Assembly: GCF_963921235.1 (NCBI RefSeq)
Contig: NC_086108.1
Coordinates: 73,410,001 to 73,474,000 of the forward strand
DNA from: Mobula hypostoma
Taxonomy: Eukaryota
Length of the DNA: 64,000 bases
Direction of reading: 5' to 3'
Of this stretch, positions 50,941-62,789 are shown one piece after another; position 1 is the stretch's first letter, and each line of letters starts with the position of its first letter. A program made the translations under genes and the position numbers. The notes under the pieces were generated by a model. It was given only the letters and a program-made list of their open reading frames with translations, did not search any database and was not told where the DNA came from.

Positions 50941-52103
50941 TAAGACCATAAGACCATAAGACAAAGGAGCAGAAGTAGGCCATTCGGCCCATCGAGTCTG
51001 CTCTGCCATTTTATCATGAGCTGATCCATTCTCCAATTTAGACCCACTCCCCCTCCTTCTCACCATAACCTTTGATGCCCTGGCTACTCAGATACCTATC
51101 AATCTCTGCCTTAAATACACCCAATGACTTGGCCTCCACTGCTGCCCGTGGCAACAAATTCCATAGATTCACCACCCTTTGACTAAAAAATTTCTTCGCA
51201 TTTCTGTTCTGAATGGGCACCCTTCAATCCTTAAGTCATGCCCTGTTGTACTAGACTCCCCCCATCATGGGAAACAAGTTTGCCACATCCACTCTGTCCG
51301 TGCCTTTCAACATTCGAAATATTTCTATGAGGTCTCCCCTCATTCTTCTAAACTCCAAGGAATACAGTCCAAGAGCGGACAAACGTTCCTTATATGTTAA
51401 CCCTCTCATTCCCGGAATCATTCTAGTGAATCTTCTCTGCGCCCTCTCCAATGTCAGCACATCCTTTCTTAAATAAGGAGACCAAAACTGCCCACGGTAC
51501 TCCAAGTGAGGTCTCACCAGCTCCTTATAGAGCCTCAACATCACATCCCTGCTCCTATACTCTATTCCTCTAGATAGAAATAAATACCAACATTGCATTC
51601 GCCTTCTTCACTACTGACTCAACCTGGAGGTTAACTTTAAGGGTACCCTGAACGAGGACTCCCAAGTCCCGTTGCATCTCAGAACTTTGAATCCTTTCCC
51701 CATTTAAATAATAGCCTGCCCGTTGATTTTTTCTGCCAAAGTGCATAACCATACACTTTCCAACATTGTACTTCATTTGCCACTGCTCTGCCCATTCTTC
51801 CAATCTATCCGAGTCTCTCTGCAGTCTCTCCGTTTCCTCAGCACTACCGGCCCCTCCACCTACCTTCGTATCGTCAGCAAACTTAGCCACAAAGCCATCT
51901 ATTCCATAATCCAAATCGTTGATGTACAATGTAAAAAGAAGCGGCCCCAACACAGACCCCTGTGGAACACCACTGGTAACCAGCAGCCAACCAGAATAGG
52001 ATCCCTTTATTCCCACTCTCTGTTTCCTGCCAATCAGCCAACGCTCTATCCACGTATATAACTTTCCCGTAATTCCATGGGCTCTTATCTTGTTAAGTAG
52101 CCT
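50941..52103 (-). mobile_element. 5'-truncated CR1
   Basis: [34 protein letters not shown]; (cttatggt)n tail. Confidence 0.92.
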
Positions 52104-52342
52104 TAAATAAATTGACCTCTTGATACATTTTTTTAATTGTAAATAACTTACATTTAAATTTCACCAGTACCAATCAAAAATGTCCTAAAATGCATTATAA
52201 TCTCAAACTTAGATCCAGCTGAGAGAGTGGTGCAAAAATTCTTGGCATTTCTATTACACTTCGTCATTTTCAGTGTATCATGTTTTAATTTGAACTGAAA
52301 CTTTCATGAAATCAAAATTGCAGAACTTCAATCAACACACCG

Positions 52343-52891
52343 TCTGGCCCTGTAGCTCAGAAGGGTAGGGCAAGGAAGAGGAGGGCAGTTGTGATAGGGG
52401 ACTCGATAGTAAGGGGGTCAGATAGGCGATTCTGTGGACGCAGTCCAGAGACTCGGATGGTAGTTTGCCTCCCTGGTGCCAGGGTCCGGGATATTTCTGA
52501 TCGTGTCCAAGATATCCTGAAGTGGGAGGGTGAAGAGCCAGAGGTCCTGGTACATATAGGTACCAATGACATAGGTAGGAAAAGGGATGAGGTCCTGAAA
52601 GAAGAATATAGGGAGCTAGGAAGGGAGTTGAGAAAAAGGACCGCAAAGGTAGTAATCTCGGGATTACTGCCTGTGCCACGCGACAGTGAGAGTAGGAATG
52701 CGATGAGGTGGAGGATAAATGCGTGGCTGAGGGATTGGAGCAGGGGGCAGGGATTCAAGTTTTTGGATCATTGGGACCTCTATTGGTGCAGGCGTGACCT
52801 GTACAAAAAGGACGGGTTACACTTAAATCCTAGGGGGACCAATATCCTGGCAGGGAGATTAGTGGGGGCTACTGAGGTGACTTTAAACTAG
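52343..52891 (+). CDS. CR1 ORF1 C-terminal SGNH/GDSL esterase-like domain (5'-truncated)
   Basis: VIGDS, LPGA, HIGTND, DGLHLN blocks; frame open from the element's 5' break to TAG 52889-52891. Confidence 0.9.
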   Translation, partial: SGPVAQKGRARKRRAVVIGDSIVRGSDRRFCGRSPETRMVVCLPGARVRDISDRVQDILKWEGEEPEVLVHIGTNDIGRKRDEVLKEEYRELGRELRKRTAKVVISGLLPVPRDSESRNAMRWRINAWLRDWSRGQGFKFLDHWDLYWCRRDLYKKDGLHLNPRGTNILAGRLVGATEVTLN

Positions 52892-52910
52892 AATGGTTGG
52901 GGGGTGGGAA
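52882..52910 (+). promoter_or_regulatory. Putative -1 ribosomal frameshift signal (T_TTA_AAC plus downstream G-rich tract)
   Basis: X_XXY_YYZ heptamer in ORF1 phase just before the stop; the -1 frame runs into ORF2, which has no AUG until codon 202. Confidence 0.6.
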
Positions 52911-55896
52911 TCAAATTAAAGAGTCTAGGTGTGAGGAGGTTAGTTCACAACAGAGGGATGGGGACCAGTGCAGAGAGACAGAGGGGTGTAAAGTGAGTGT
53001 AGAAGCAAAAAGTACAAAGGGGAAAAGTAAAAGTGGCAGGCCGACAAATCCAGGGCAAGCATTAAAAAGGGCTAAGAGAGTTGTAAAAGAGCGCCTGAAG
53101 GCTTTATGTGTCAATGCAAGGAGCATTCGTAATAAGGTGGATGAATTGAAAGTGCAGATTGTTATTAATGATTATGATATAGTTGGGATCACAGAAACAT
53201 GGCTCCAGGATGACCAGGGATGGGAGCTCAACATTCAGGGATATTCAATATTCAGGAGGGATAGACATGAAGGAAGGGGAGGTGGGGTGGCGTTGCTGGT
53301 TAAAAAAGAGATTAACGCAATAGAAAGGAAGGACATAAGCCGGGAAGATGTGGAATCGATATGGGTAGAGTTGCGTAACACTAAGGGGCAGAAGACGCTG
53401 GTGGGAGTTGTGTACAGGCCACCTAACAGTAGTAGTGAAGTCGGAGATGGTATTAAACAGGAAATTAGAAATGTGTGCAATAAAGGAACAGCAGTTATAA
53501 TGGGTGACTTCAATCTACATGTAGATTGGGTGAACCAAATTGGTAAAGGTGCTGAGGAAGAGGATTTCTTGGAATGTATGCGGGATGGTTTTTTGAACCA
53601 ACATGTCGAGGAACCGACTAGAGAGCAGGCTATTCTAGACTGGGTATTGAGCAATGAGGAAGGGTTAATTAGCAATCTTGTCGTGAGAGGCCCCTTGGGT
53701 AAGAGTGACCATAATATGGTGGAATTCTTCATTAAGATGGAGAGTGACATAGTTAATTCAGAAACAAAGGTTCTGAACTTAAAGAGGGGTAACTTTGAAG
53801 GTATGAGTCGTGAATTAGCTAAGATAGACTGGCAAATGACACTTAAAGGATTGACGGTGGATATGCAATGGCAGGCATTTAAAGGTTGCATGGATGAACT
53901 ACAACAATTGTTCATCCCAGTTTGGCAAAAGAATAAATCAAGGAAGGTAGTGCACCCGTGGCTGACAAGAGAAATTAGGGATAGTATCAATTCCAAAGAA
54001 GAAGCATACAAATTAGCCAGAGAAAGTGGCTCACCTGAGGACTGGGAGAAATTCAGAGTTCAGCAGAGGAGGACAAAGGGCTTAATTAGGAAGGGGAAAA
54101 AAGATTATGAGAGAAAACTGGCAGAGAACATAAAAACAGACTGTAAAAGCTTTTATAGATATGTAAAAAGGAAAAGACTGATAAAGACAAATGTAGGTCC
54201 CCTGCAGACAGAAACAGGTGAATTGATTATGGGGAGCAAGGACATGGCAGACCAATTGAATAATTATTTTGGTTCTGTCTTCACTAAGGAGGACATAAAT
54301 AATCTTCCAGAAATAGTAAGGGACAGAGGGTCCAGTGAGATGGAGGAACTGAGTGAAATACATGTTAGTAGGGAAGTGGTGTTAGGTAAATTGAAGGGAT
54401 TGAAGGCAGATAAATCCCCAGGGCCAGATGGTCTGCATCCCAGAGTGCTTAAGGAAGTAGCCCAAGAAATAGTGGATGCATTAGTGATAATTTTTCAAAA
54501 CTCGTTAGATTCTGGACTAGTTCCTGAGGATTGGAGGGTGGCTAATGTAACCCCACTTTTTAAAAAAGGAGTGAGAGAGAAACCGGGGAATTATAGGCCC
54601 GTTAGCCTAACGTCGGTGGTGGGGAAACTGCTGGAGTCAGTTATCAAGGATGTGATAACAGCACATTTGGAAAGCGGTGAAATGATCGGACAAAGTCAGC
54701 ATGGATTTGTGAAAGGAAAATCATGTCTGACGAATCTCATAGAATTTTTTGAGGATGTAACTAGTAGAGTGGATAGGGGAGAACCAGTGGATGTGGTATA
54801 TTTGGATTTTCAAAAGGCTTTTGACAAGGTCCCACACAGGAGATTAGTGTGCAAACTTAAAGCACACGGTATTGGGGGTAAGGTATTGGTGTGGGTGGAG
54901 AATTGGTTAGCAGACAGGAAGCAAAGAGTGGGAATAAACGGGACCTTTTCAGAATGGCAGGCGGTGACTAGTGGGGTACCGCAAGGCTCAGTGCTGGGAC
55001 CCCAGTTGTTTACAATATATATTAATGACTTGGATGAGGGAATTAAATGCAGCATCTCCAAGTTTGCGGATGGCACGAAGCTGGGTGGCAGTGTTAGCAG
55101 TGAGGAGGATGCTAAGAGGATGCAGGGTGACTTGGATAGGTTAGGTGAGTGGGCAAACTCATGGCAGATGCAATTTAATGTGGATAAATGTGAAGTTATC
55201 CACTTTGGTGGCAAAAATAGGAAAACAGATTATTATCTGAATGGTGGCCGATTAGGAAAAGGGGAGGTGCAACGAGACCTGGGTGTCATTATACACCAGT
55301 CATTGAAAGTGGGCATGCAGGTACAGCAGGCGGTGAAAAAGGCGAACGGTATGCTGGCATTTATAGCGAGAGGATTCGAGTACAGGAGCAGGGAGGTACT
55401 ACTGCAGTTGTACAAGGCCTTGGTGAGACCACACCTGGAGTATTGTGTGCAGTTTTGGTCCCCTAATCTGAGGAAAGACATCTTTGCCATAGAGGGAGTA
55501 CAAAGAAGGTTCACCAGATTGATTCCTGGGATGGCAGGTCTTTCATATGAAGAAAGACTGGATGAACTGGGCTTGTACTCGTTGGAATTTAGAAGATTGA
55601 GGGGGGATCTGATTGAAACGTATAAGATCCTAAAGGGATTGGACAGGCTAGATGCGGGAAGATTGTTCCCGATGTTGGGGACGTCCAGAACGAGGGGTCA
55701 CAGTTTGAGGATAGAGGGGAAGCCTCTTAGGACCGAGATTAGGAAAAACTTCTTCACACAGAGAGTGGTGAATCTGTGGAATTCTCTGCCACAGCAAACT
55801 GTTGAGGCCAGTTCATTAGCTATGTTTAAAAGGAAGTTAGATATGGCCCTTGTGGCTACAGGGGTCAGGGGGTATGGAGGGAAGGCTGGGTTCTGA
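52897..55896 (+). CDS. CR1 ORF2: APE endonuclease plus reverse transcriptase (active-site FADD reads FADG)
   Basis: NARS, GITETW, YRPP, MGDFN, ILD, SDH endonuclease motifs; NYRPVSL, QHGF, DFQKAFD, PQGSVLGP RT motifs; no internal stops. Confidence 0.95.
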   Translation: MGGGNQIKESRCEEVSSQQRDGDQCRETEGCKVSVEAKSTKGKSKSGRPTNPGQALKRAKRVVKERLKALCVNARSIRNKVDELKVQIVINDYDIVGITETWLQDDQGWELNIQGYSIFRRDRHEGRGGGVALLVKKEINAIERKDISREDVESIWVELRNTKGQKTLVGVVYRPPNSSSEVGDGIKQEIRNVCNKGTAVIMGDFNLHVDWVNQIGKGAEEEDFLECMRDGFLNQHVEEPTREQAILDWVLSNEEGLISNLVVRGPLGKSDHNMVEFFIKMESDIVNSETKVLNLKRGNFEGMSRELAKIDWQMTLKGLTVDMQWQAFKGCMDELQQLFIPVWQKNKSRKVVHPWLTREIRDSINSKEEAYKLARESGSPEDWEKFRVQQRRTKGLIRKGKKDYERKLAENIKTDCKSFYRYVKRKRLIKTNVGPLQTETGELIMGSKDMADQLNNYFGSVFTKEDINNLPEIVRDRGSSEMEELSEIHVSREVVLGKLKGLKADKSPGPDGLHPRVLKEVAQEIVDALVIIFQNSLDSGLVPEDWRVANVTPLFKKGVREKPGNYRPVSLTSVVGKLLESVIKDVITAHLESGEMIGQSQHGFVKGKSCLTNLIEFFEDVTSRVDRGEPVDVVYLDFQKAFDKVPHRRLVCKLKAHGIGGKVLVWVENWLADRKQRVGINGTFSEWQAVTSGVPQGSVLGPQLFTIYINDLDEGIKCSISKFADGTKLGGSVSSEEDAKRMQGDLDRLGEWANSWQMQFNVDKCEVIHFGGKNRKTDYYLNGGRLGKGEVQRDLGVIIHQSLKVGMQVQQAVKKANGMLAFIARGFEYRSREVLLQLYKALVRPHLEYCVQFWSPNLRKDIFAIEGVQRRFTRLIPGMAGLSYEERLDELGLYSLEFRRLRGDLIETYKILKGLDRLDAGRLFPMLGTSRTRGHSLRIEGKPLRTEIRKNFFTQRVVNLWNSLPQQTVEASSLAMFKRKLDMALVATGVRGYGGKAGF

Positions 55897-56672
55897 GTTG
55901 GATGATCAGCCATGATCATAATAAATGGCGGTGCAGGCTCGAACGGCCGAATGGCCTACTCCTGCACCTATTTTCTATGTTTCTATGTTTCTATGTAAAA
56001 CATAGAGTATAACTTTAAATTTATTGTTTTGCTTTCTTTTTCCTTTCTGTGTACTTTAATGAAAATCTTGGAGAAAACACTTTAGAAATCATTTCTGGAT
56101 GACTCACAATACAACGCAGTGCATATAAAGATGCAGACTGCATTGTAATCCAAATATTTTACTGTGCTTTAAATGGTTAAGTCATAGGTTTTAGGTCAAA
56201 GTGCTTTTAAAAGGCAGCATTGGGAAGGCTCTAAATTAAGAATGATTTTGAAAAGTTATAGCCATAAGCCAGTATAAACAGAATGGACAAAAGAACCTCT
56301 TTCATGATGTACACTTCCACAGGTCATTGGTTCGAACAGCTTAACTTTAGGTAACAGGCAGGAGCACGCAATTGATAATCACCTGGAATATTGTAAAATC
56401 ATGGGATCTTTCTGGGACATTTTTGTTTGTGTGTTCACATTACTCAAAAAATGCCTTCTAGCAGAAGAATGGAAGTAACTAAATTGACCTCTTGGTACAT
56501 TTTTTAAAAGTGTAAATAACTTACATTTAACTTTCACCAGCACCAATCAAAAATGTCCTAAGATGCATTATAAAAGAGAATAAATCTGAATAGGAGGTTG
56601 GGGAGATGGATGAATAGACAATTAAATAAACAAGGATGTTTTGAAAAGCAAGGAAGAATGTCACTAAGATTA

Positions 56673-58038
56673 TGATATAAGGTGGGTGTTGATGGCGGAG
56701 CCAAATGCAAGACACAGACGCTGAAGTGCTAGGAACAGGACTCGGGTTATCGAGATAGCAAGGTGAGTCAGGAAGAAACAATGCTGGACATTGACACAGG
56801 CCCTGGATGAGACTAGGATTCAGGGCCTGGGCTAGGACTTAGACTAGAGTCACGGGACCCGGACGTGGAACTAGGAACAAGGAGCCTGGACTAGGAACAC
56901 AGAACTCCGGAACCAGAACCTGGACAAGGAACTGGAACCTGGGCGTTGGTTGGGACTAGGAACCTGGGTCTTGACTCAGAACTGGAACCCGGGTCTAGGC
57001 AAGGACAGGACGTGGCTACAGGTACTGGACATGGAACTCCTGCACAGGATGAGTCACATGGACAGGACAAGAACACAAAGCCTTCACTTGGAGAGGACAA
57101 GGTTCTAGGACGTGGCTTGGGCTGGACCCCGAATCTAGGCGAGGACAAGACGTGGCTAAAGGACAAGACGAGGTATCCCAGCACAGAACAAGGTACCCCC
57201 AGCTGGGCGAGGAACTCCTGGGCTGGGCTGGGCAAGGCACTGGAACTAGATGAGGACACAAAGCTCAGATTTGGACAGAACTGGAACATGGCACCTGGAC
57301 TTGGTCTTGGAACACAGAGCCTTAGACTTGGACTGGACGCTCAGGGCCTTGAACGAGGTACTCCAGTGCAGGACAAGGCTCTTGGACTAAGTTTGGCTTG
57401 GCTCTTTAACTCAGCTTGGGTATGGAGCCGGGACTCCTCCTTGGAGCAAGGGCCGGGACCCTTTCTAGGACGCAAGGTCGGGATGACTGCCGAGGACGCT
57501 TGCCAAGGTAAACTGCCAAGGGACTCCTGGACTGGATGAGAACGCAAAGCCTTCACTTGGACAGGACTGGAACACGGCTCCTGAAACTTGGAACACAGGA
57601 TTACAGAACACAGAGCCAGGACCCCTCCTTGGGAACAGGACTTAGGGCCATGGCTTTACACAGATTCAAGACCCCTCCGAAGGAACGGGACCTAGGACCA
57701 GGACTCTTCTTTGACACGGACACTAAACATGGGGACACAAAGAGATAGTTCCAAACTCAGCGATAGATAGTTCCTTATCTTGGCGTGGCAAGGCTCCGGT
57801 CTCACTCCGGCGGTTGAACTTGATGAGGATGTAGGCGAGGCTTCAGAAGGAAGGGAAAGGGAACAGTCCAGCAGGGAATCCTTGGTTTGAGAGGTATTTA
57901 TGTGCCAGCCCAAAACAAGAATCAGGTGCCTCAATTAAGGCACACAATGGAACAAGGGAAAACAGGAAAACCTGGAATAGGGAGTCAAAGGACCGGACCG
58001 TGAACCGGAATGCATATTTTACGGACCGGACCATGACA
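56673..58038 (-). mobile_element. Second solo-LTR-like element, related to 24964-26717
   Basis: Shared ends (ccaaatgc.agacacag; ccgtgaaccggaatgc...ggaccggaccatgaca); flanks GATTA/GATAA (4 of 5 match). Confidence 0.7.
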
Positions 58039-58863
58039 GATAAGTAATATCACACTCAGTTTGGATTGGGACATAGAAGCAAGTTTCTTTCACAGATGTG
58101 AAGTCTATTAAATACTGAGGAACAAAAAGCCAGTGTAGATGACCAGTTTATCTTAATGAGTCTGTGTGTTTGAATGTGCAAAGAAAACTCAAAAGCCCAC
58201 CAAGGTGAAAACCGGGAAGGAAGGTAAGACTGTCGGTAACACAACACAATGGTGCTGGATATTTACTTGGAAACAAACTAGGCACCTTGATAATGGTACA
58301 TAAATATCGTCTGAGGCATTGCATGAACGGTTCATATTTGCACTCACTGCATCAGTATTAATTCTGGAAAACTCTGAAGATTTCATAGTATACTTGGATA
58401 CAAAAAATTAAAATACAAAACCTATTGGTTCTACACTGTAAAATCTGTCTTTAGAACTATAGGCATGTGGTCAAACAAACTAGCCCTCCTACCAGTCAAG
58501 TTACATAATACTATATGTGTATTGTGCACAGTGACTATCAAGAAGGTTGATAGGTGGAATTCACATCATAGTAGCAAAGGGTGACAGATTACTAGGAAGG
58601 GAAACCTATGCCAGCCAAAGAAACATTAATTCCCATCAACCTAAACTGAATGCTAGTTGGAGTGGAGGGGACCAGACTGCCTCACCAGAAATAATCACCA
58701 ATCCATTGTGAACGTAACAATGAGTGGAGGAGCATTTAAAAAATGATGCTATCTTGGTGCATTTATTTTACTTCTTATTAAAACTAAATTAATTTTAAAT
58801 TCATTGACCATGACACAATTTACTCATATTTTCAGAGACTGTTTGCCTCACATTTTCCCTGAG

Positions 58864-61520
58864 ATTCATAGATTCATAGAATAGTACAGCATAGTACAGG
58901 CCCGTTGGCCCACAATGTTGTGCCAACCCTCAAACCCTGCCTCCCATATAAGCCCCCACCTTAGATTCCTCCATATACCTGTCTAGTAGTCTCTTAAACT
59001 TCACTAGTGTATCTGCCTCCACCACTGACTCAGGCAGTGCATTCCACACACCAACCACTCTCTGAGTAAAAAACCTTCCTCTAATATCCCCCTTGAACTT
59101 CCCACCCCTTACCTTAAAGCCATGTCCTCTTGTATTGAGCAGTGGTGCCCTGGGGAAGAGGCGCTGGCTGTCCACTCTATCTATTCCTCTTATTATCTTA
59201 CCTCTATCATGTCTCCTCTCATCCTCCTTCTCTCCAAAGAGTAAAGTCGTAGTTCCCTTAATCTCTGATCATAATGCATTCTTTCTAAACCAGGCAGCAT
59301 CCTGGTAAATCTCCTCTGTACCCTTTCCAATGCTTCCACATCCTTCCTATAGTGAGGTGACCAGAACTGGACACAGTACTCCAAGTGTGGCCTAACCAGA
59401 GTTTTATAGAGCTGCATCATTACATCGCGACTCTTAAACTCTATCCCTCGACTTATGAAAGCTAACACCCCATAAGCTTTCTTAACTACCCTATCCACCT
59501 GTGAGGCAAATTTCAGGGATCTGTGGACATGTACCCCAAGATCACTCTGCTCCTCCACACTACCAAGTATCCTGCCATTTACTTTGTACCCTGCCTTGGA
59601 GTTTGTCCTTCCAAAGTGTACCACCTCACACTTCTCCGGGCTGAACTCCATCTGCCACTTCTCAGCCCACTTCTGCATCCTATCAATGTCTCTCTGCAAT
59701 CTTTGACAATCCTCTACACTATCTACAACACCACCAACCTTTGTGTCATCTGCAAACTTGCCAACCCACCCTTCTTCCCCCACATCCAGGTCGTTAATAA
59801 AAATCACGAAAAGTAGAGGTCCCAGAACAGATCCTCGTGGGACACCACTAGTCACAATCCTCCAATCTGAATGTACTCCCTCCACCACCACCCTCTGCCT
59901 TCTGCAGGCCAGCCAATTCTGAATCCACCTGGCTAAACTTCCCTGGACCCCATGCCTTCTAACTTTCTGAATAAGCCTACCGTGTGGAACCTTGTCAAAT
60001 GCCTTACTAAAATCCATATAGATCACATCCACTGCACTACCCACATCTATATGCCTGGTCACCTCCTTAAAGAACTCTATCAGGCTTGCTAGACATGATC
60101 TGCCCTTCACAAAGCCATGCTGACTGTCCCTGATCAGACCATAATTCTCTAAATGCCTATAGATCCTATCTTTAAGAATCTTTTCCAACAGCTTTCCCAC
60201 CACAGACATAAGGCTCACTGGTCTATAATTACCCGGACTATCCCTACTACCTTTTTTGAACAAGGGAACAACATTCGCCTCCCTCCAATCCTCCGGTACC
60301 ATTCCCGTGGACAACGAGGACATAAAGATCCTAGCCAGAGGCTCAGCAATCTCTTCTCTCGCCTCGTGGAGCAGCCTAGGGAATATTCCATCAGGCCCTG
60401 GGGACTTATCTGTCCTAATGTATTTTAACAACTCCAACACCTCCTCTCCCTCAATATCAACATGCTCCAGAACATCAACCTCACTCATATTGTCCTCACC
60501 ATCATCAAGTTCCCTCTCATTGATGAATACCGAAGAGAAGTATTCATTGAGGACCTCGCTCACTTCCACAGCCTCCAGGCACATCTTCCCACCTTTATCT
60601 CTAATCAGTCCTACCTTCACTCCTGTCATCCTTTTTTTCTTCACATAATTGAAGAATGCCTTGGGGTTTTCCTTTACCGTACTCGCCAAGGCATTCTCAT
60701 GCCCCCTTCTTGCTCTTCTCAGCCCCTTCTTAAGCTCTTTTCTTGCTTCCCTATATTCCTCAATAGACCCAGCTGATCCTTGCTTCCTAAACCTCATGTA
60801 TGCTGCCTTCTTCCTCCTGACTAGATTTTCCACCTCACTTGTCACCCATGGTTCCTTCACCCTACCCATTCTTTATCTTCCTCACCGGGACAAATTTATC
60901 CCTAACACCCTGCAAGAGATCTCTAGACATCGACCACATGTCCATAGTACATTTCCCTGCAAAAACATCATCCCAATTCACACCCGCAAGTTCTAGCCTT
61001 ATAGCCTCATAATTTACCTTTCCCCAATTAAAAATTTTCCTGTCCTCTTCGATTCTATCCTTTTCCATGATAATTATAAAGGCCAGGGATCGGTGGTCAC
61101 TGTCCCCCAGATGCTCACCCACTGAGAGATCTGTGACCTGACCCGGTTCATTACCTAGTACTAGGTCTAGTATGGCATTCCCCCTGGTTGGCCTGTCCAC
61201 ATACTGTGACAGGAATCCATCCTGGACACTCTTAGAACATTCTGCCCCATCTAAAACCTTGAAACTAATCAGGTGCCAATCAGTTAAAGTCACCCATGAT
61301 AACAACCCTGTTATTTTTGCACCTTTCCAAAATCTGCCTCCCAATCTGCTCCCCTGTATCTCTGCTGCTACCAGGGGGCCTATAGAATACCCCCAGTAGA
61401 GTAACTGCTCCCTTCCTGTTCCTGACTTCTACCCATATTGACTCAAAAGAGGATCCTGCTACATTACCCACCCTTTCTGTAGCTGTAATAGTATCCCTGA
61501 CCAGTAATGCCACCCCTCCT
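58864..61520 (-). mobile_element. 5'-truncated CR1 (different subfamily), frameshifted
   Basis: 558-aa ORF 59193..60869 with FADD; EN pieces 60862-61513 (YRPP, IMGDFN, SDH); (tatgaatc)n tail; possible TSD CCTGAG. Confidence 0.95.
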
Positions 61521-62264
61521 GAGGCCGATTAAACTTTCATATTTACACAATGAGTGAGGCTTTTTGTATTTCATTTTAGTTACTTGTCCTTTGTGGATAT
61601 ACAAGTTGAATCTAGGGCAATCCTGCTTGCTCAAGGGCCCACTGTAGGAAGCATTGACATTCCTGTCCAATGTAATGCCTTGGGCAACCAGCAGTATTTA
61701 GTTGGTAGGGTACAGTAAAGCCCTGGATTTGCCTTTATTTTTTAATATATCGAAGCCAGCTGACCTCGGCTATTATGTTTCATTTGTTTCTGACTCTTTT
61801 TAAGAAAAGAAATAAAGAAAAACTGTGTTTGAAAAATCTAAAGTTCCTTAATGTTATGACAAACGATTATAGCCACAGAATGTCTTTCAGTGCAATGCAG
61901 GAACAGAAATAACCCTGAAAAGCCCAAACCATGTTGCAGCCTTGACTGAAATTAATTATTTAACTTCCTCTGGTTTAAGAGATAAACGTTGTGACCTCAG
62001 TTGAACCACCAGTAATGATCTTTTCCTAAATCCTTTATAATTGATGCAGTGAAAAGAAAAGCAATAAAGGAATTGTGGAATTACTTCCCAACCCTAAACA
62101 GATAAGTAGAAAATAATTGTTTAGCTGTGGCCATTAAAACAACATTCAATATAGTAGAGAGGTTCTCTGGAAGAAGTGAAAGATACTCGCTGCATAGTAG
62201 AGAAGAGACATATTGCCAGGAAATGCTAAGACCTAAAGAACATCAAACTGAAGAAGCACAGGAT

Positions 62265-62495
62265 CAGATACCAGTATGACTGGAAATGTGCAGTAGACTC
62301 CAGTCCTTTTTTGGGGAAATACAGAGGCAGGCTTCAGTCAGACTTGGGAAGACCAGGGTCAGACACCATTCAGATGGCGATGTGCAGAGCCAGATTCCAG
62401 TCATATTCGAGAAGTACAGAGGCAGACTCCTGTCTGACTGGAAATGTGCAGAGACAAATTCCAGTCAGACTGGGAATGAGCAGGGGCAGGCCTAC
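62265..62495. repeat. Degenerate ~32-bp minisatellite, about 7 copies
   Basis: Consensus ccagtcagactgggaatgtgcagaggcagact. Confidence 0.75.
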
Positions 62496-62789
62496 CAGAG
62501 AAGACCAGTAAGAGACTTGGCGCTGGTGAACCATTGCTTAACAACCAAACTGAGGAAGGAAGGGAAGAAATCTGGAGTTCCACAGTGGTGACATCAGAGA
62601 GAGATTCCAGAGAAATGCCTTTGAAATAAGGAAAATAACGTGAATATTTTATTTTAAAGTTTTTGATTTTTCGGAAAAGGAACCAACAAGTCAGCATATC
62701 AAGTGGTGAAAATTTCTGCTCTAAGAATGCTCAACAGATATTATATCATCCAATATCTGATTATATCATCTAACAGATTCTCACATAAC

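Larger units (their letters stand above)
52341..55996 (+). mobile_element. Young, 5'-truncated CR1 LINE with open ORF1 C-terminus and full ORF2
   Basis: Esterase ORF1, 999-codon ORF2, 3' stem-loop (ggtgcagg...cctgcacc) and (TTCTATGT)n tail. Confidence 0.97.

Noticed and set aside
53235..54011. 258-aa minus-strand ORF, and similar antisense ORFs over other LINEs
   Set aside because: Shadow frame of CR1 ORF2; no independent evidence of coding.
56946..57539. 197-aa ORF in the LTR-like element
   Set aside because: Low-complexity repeat translation with no gag, pol or env motifs.
58189..58386. 65-aa minus ORF in unique DNA
   Set aside because: No recognisable protein similarity or clear splice signals; cannot be supported as an exon.
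62265..62495. CRISPR-like array
   Set aside because: Units are contiguous and degenerate with no unique spacers, there are no cas genes, and the context is eukaryotic.
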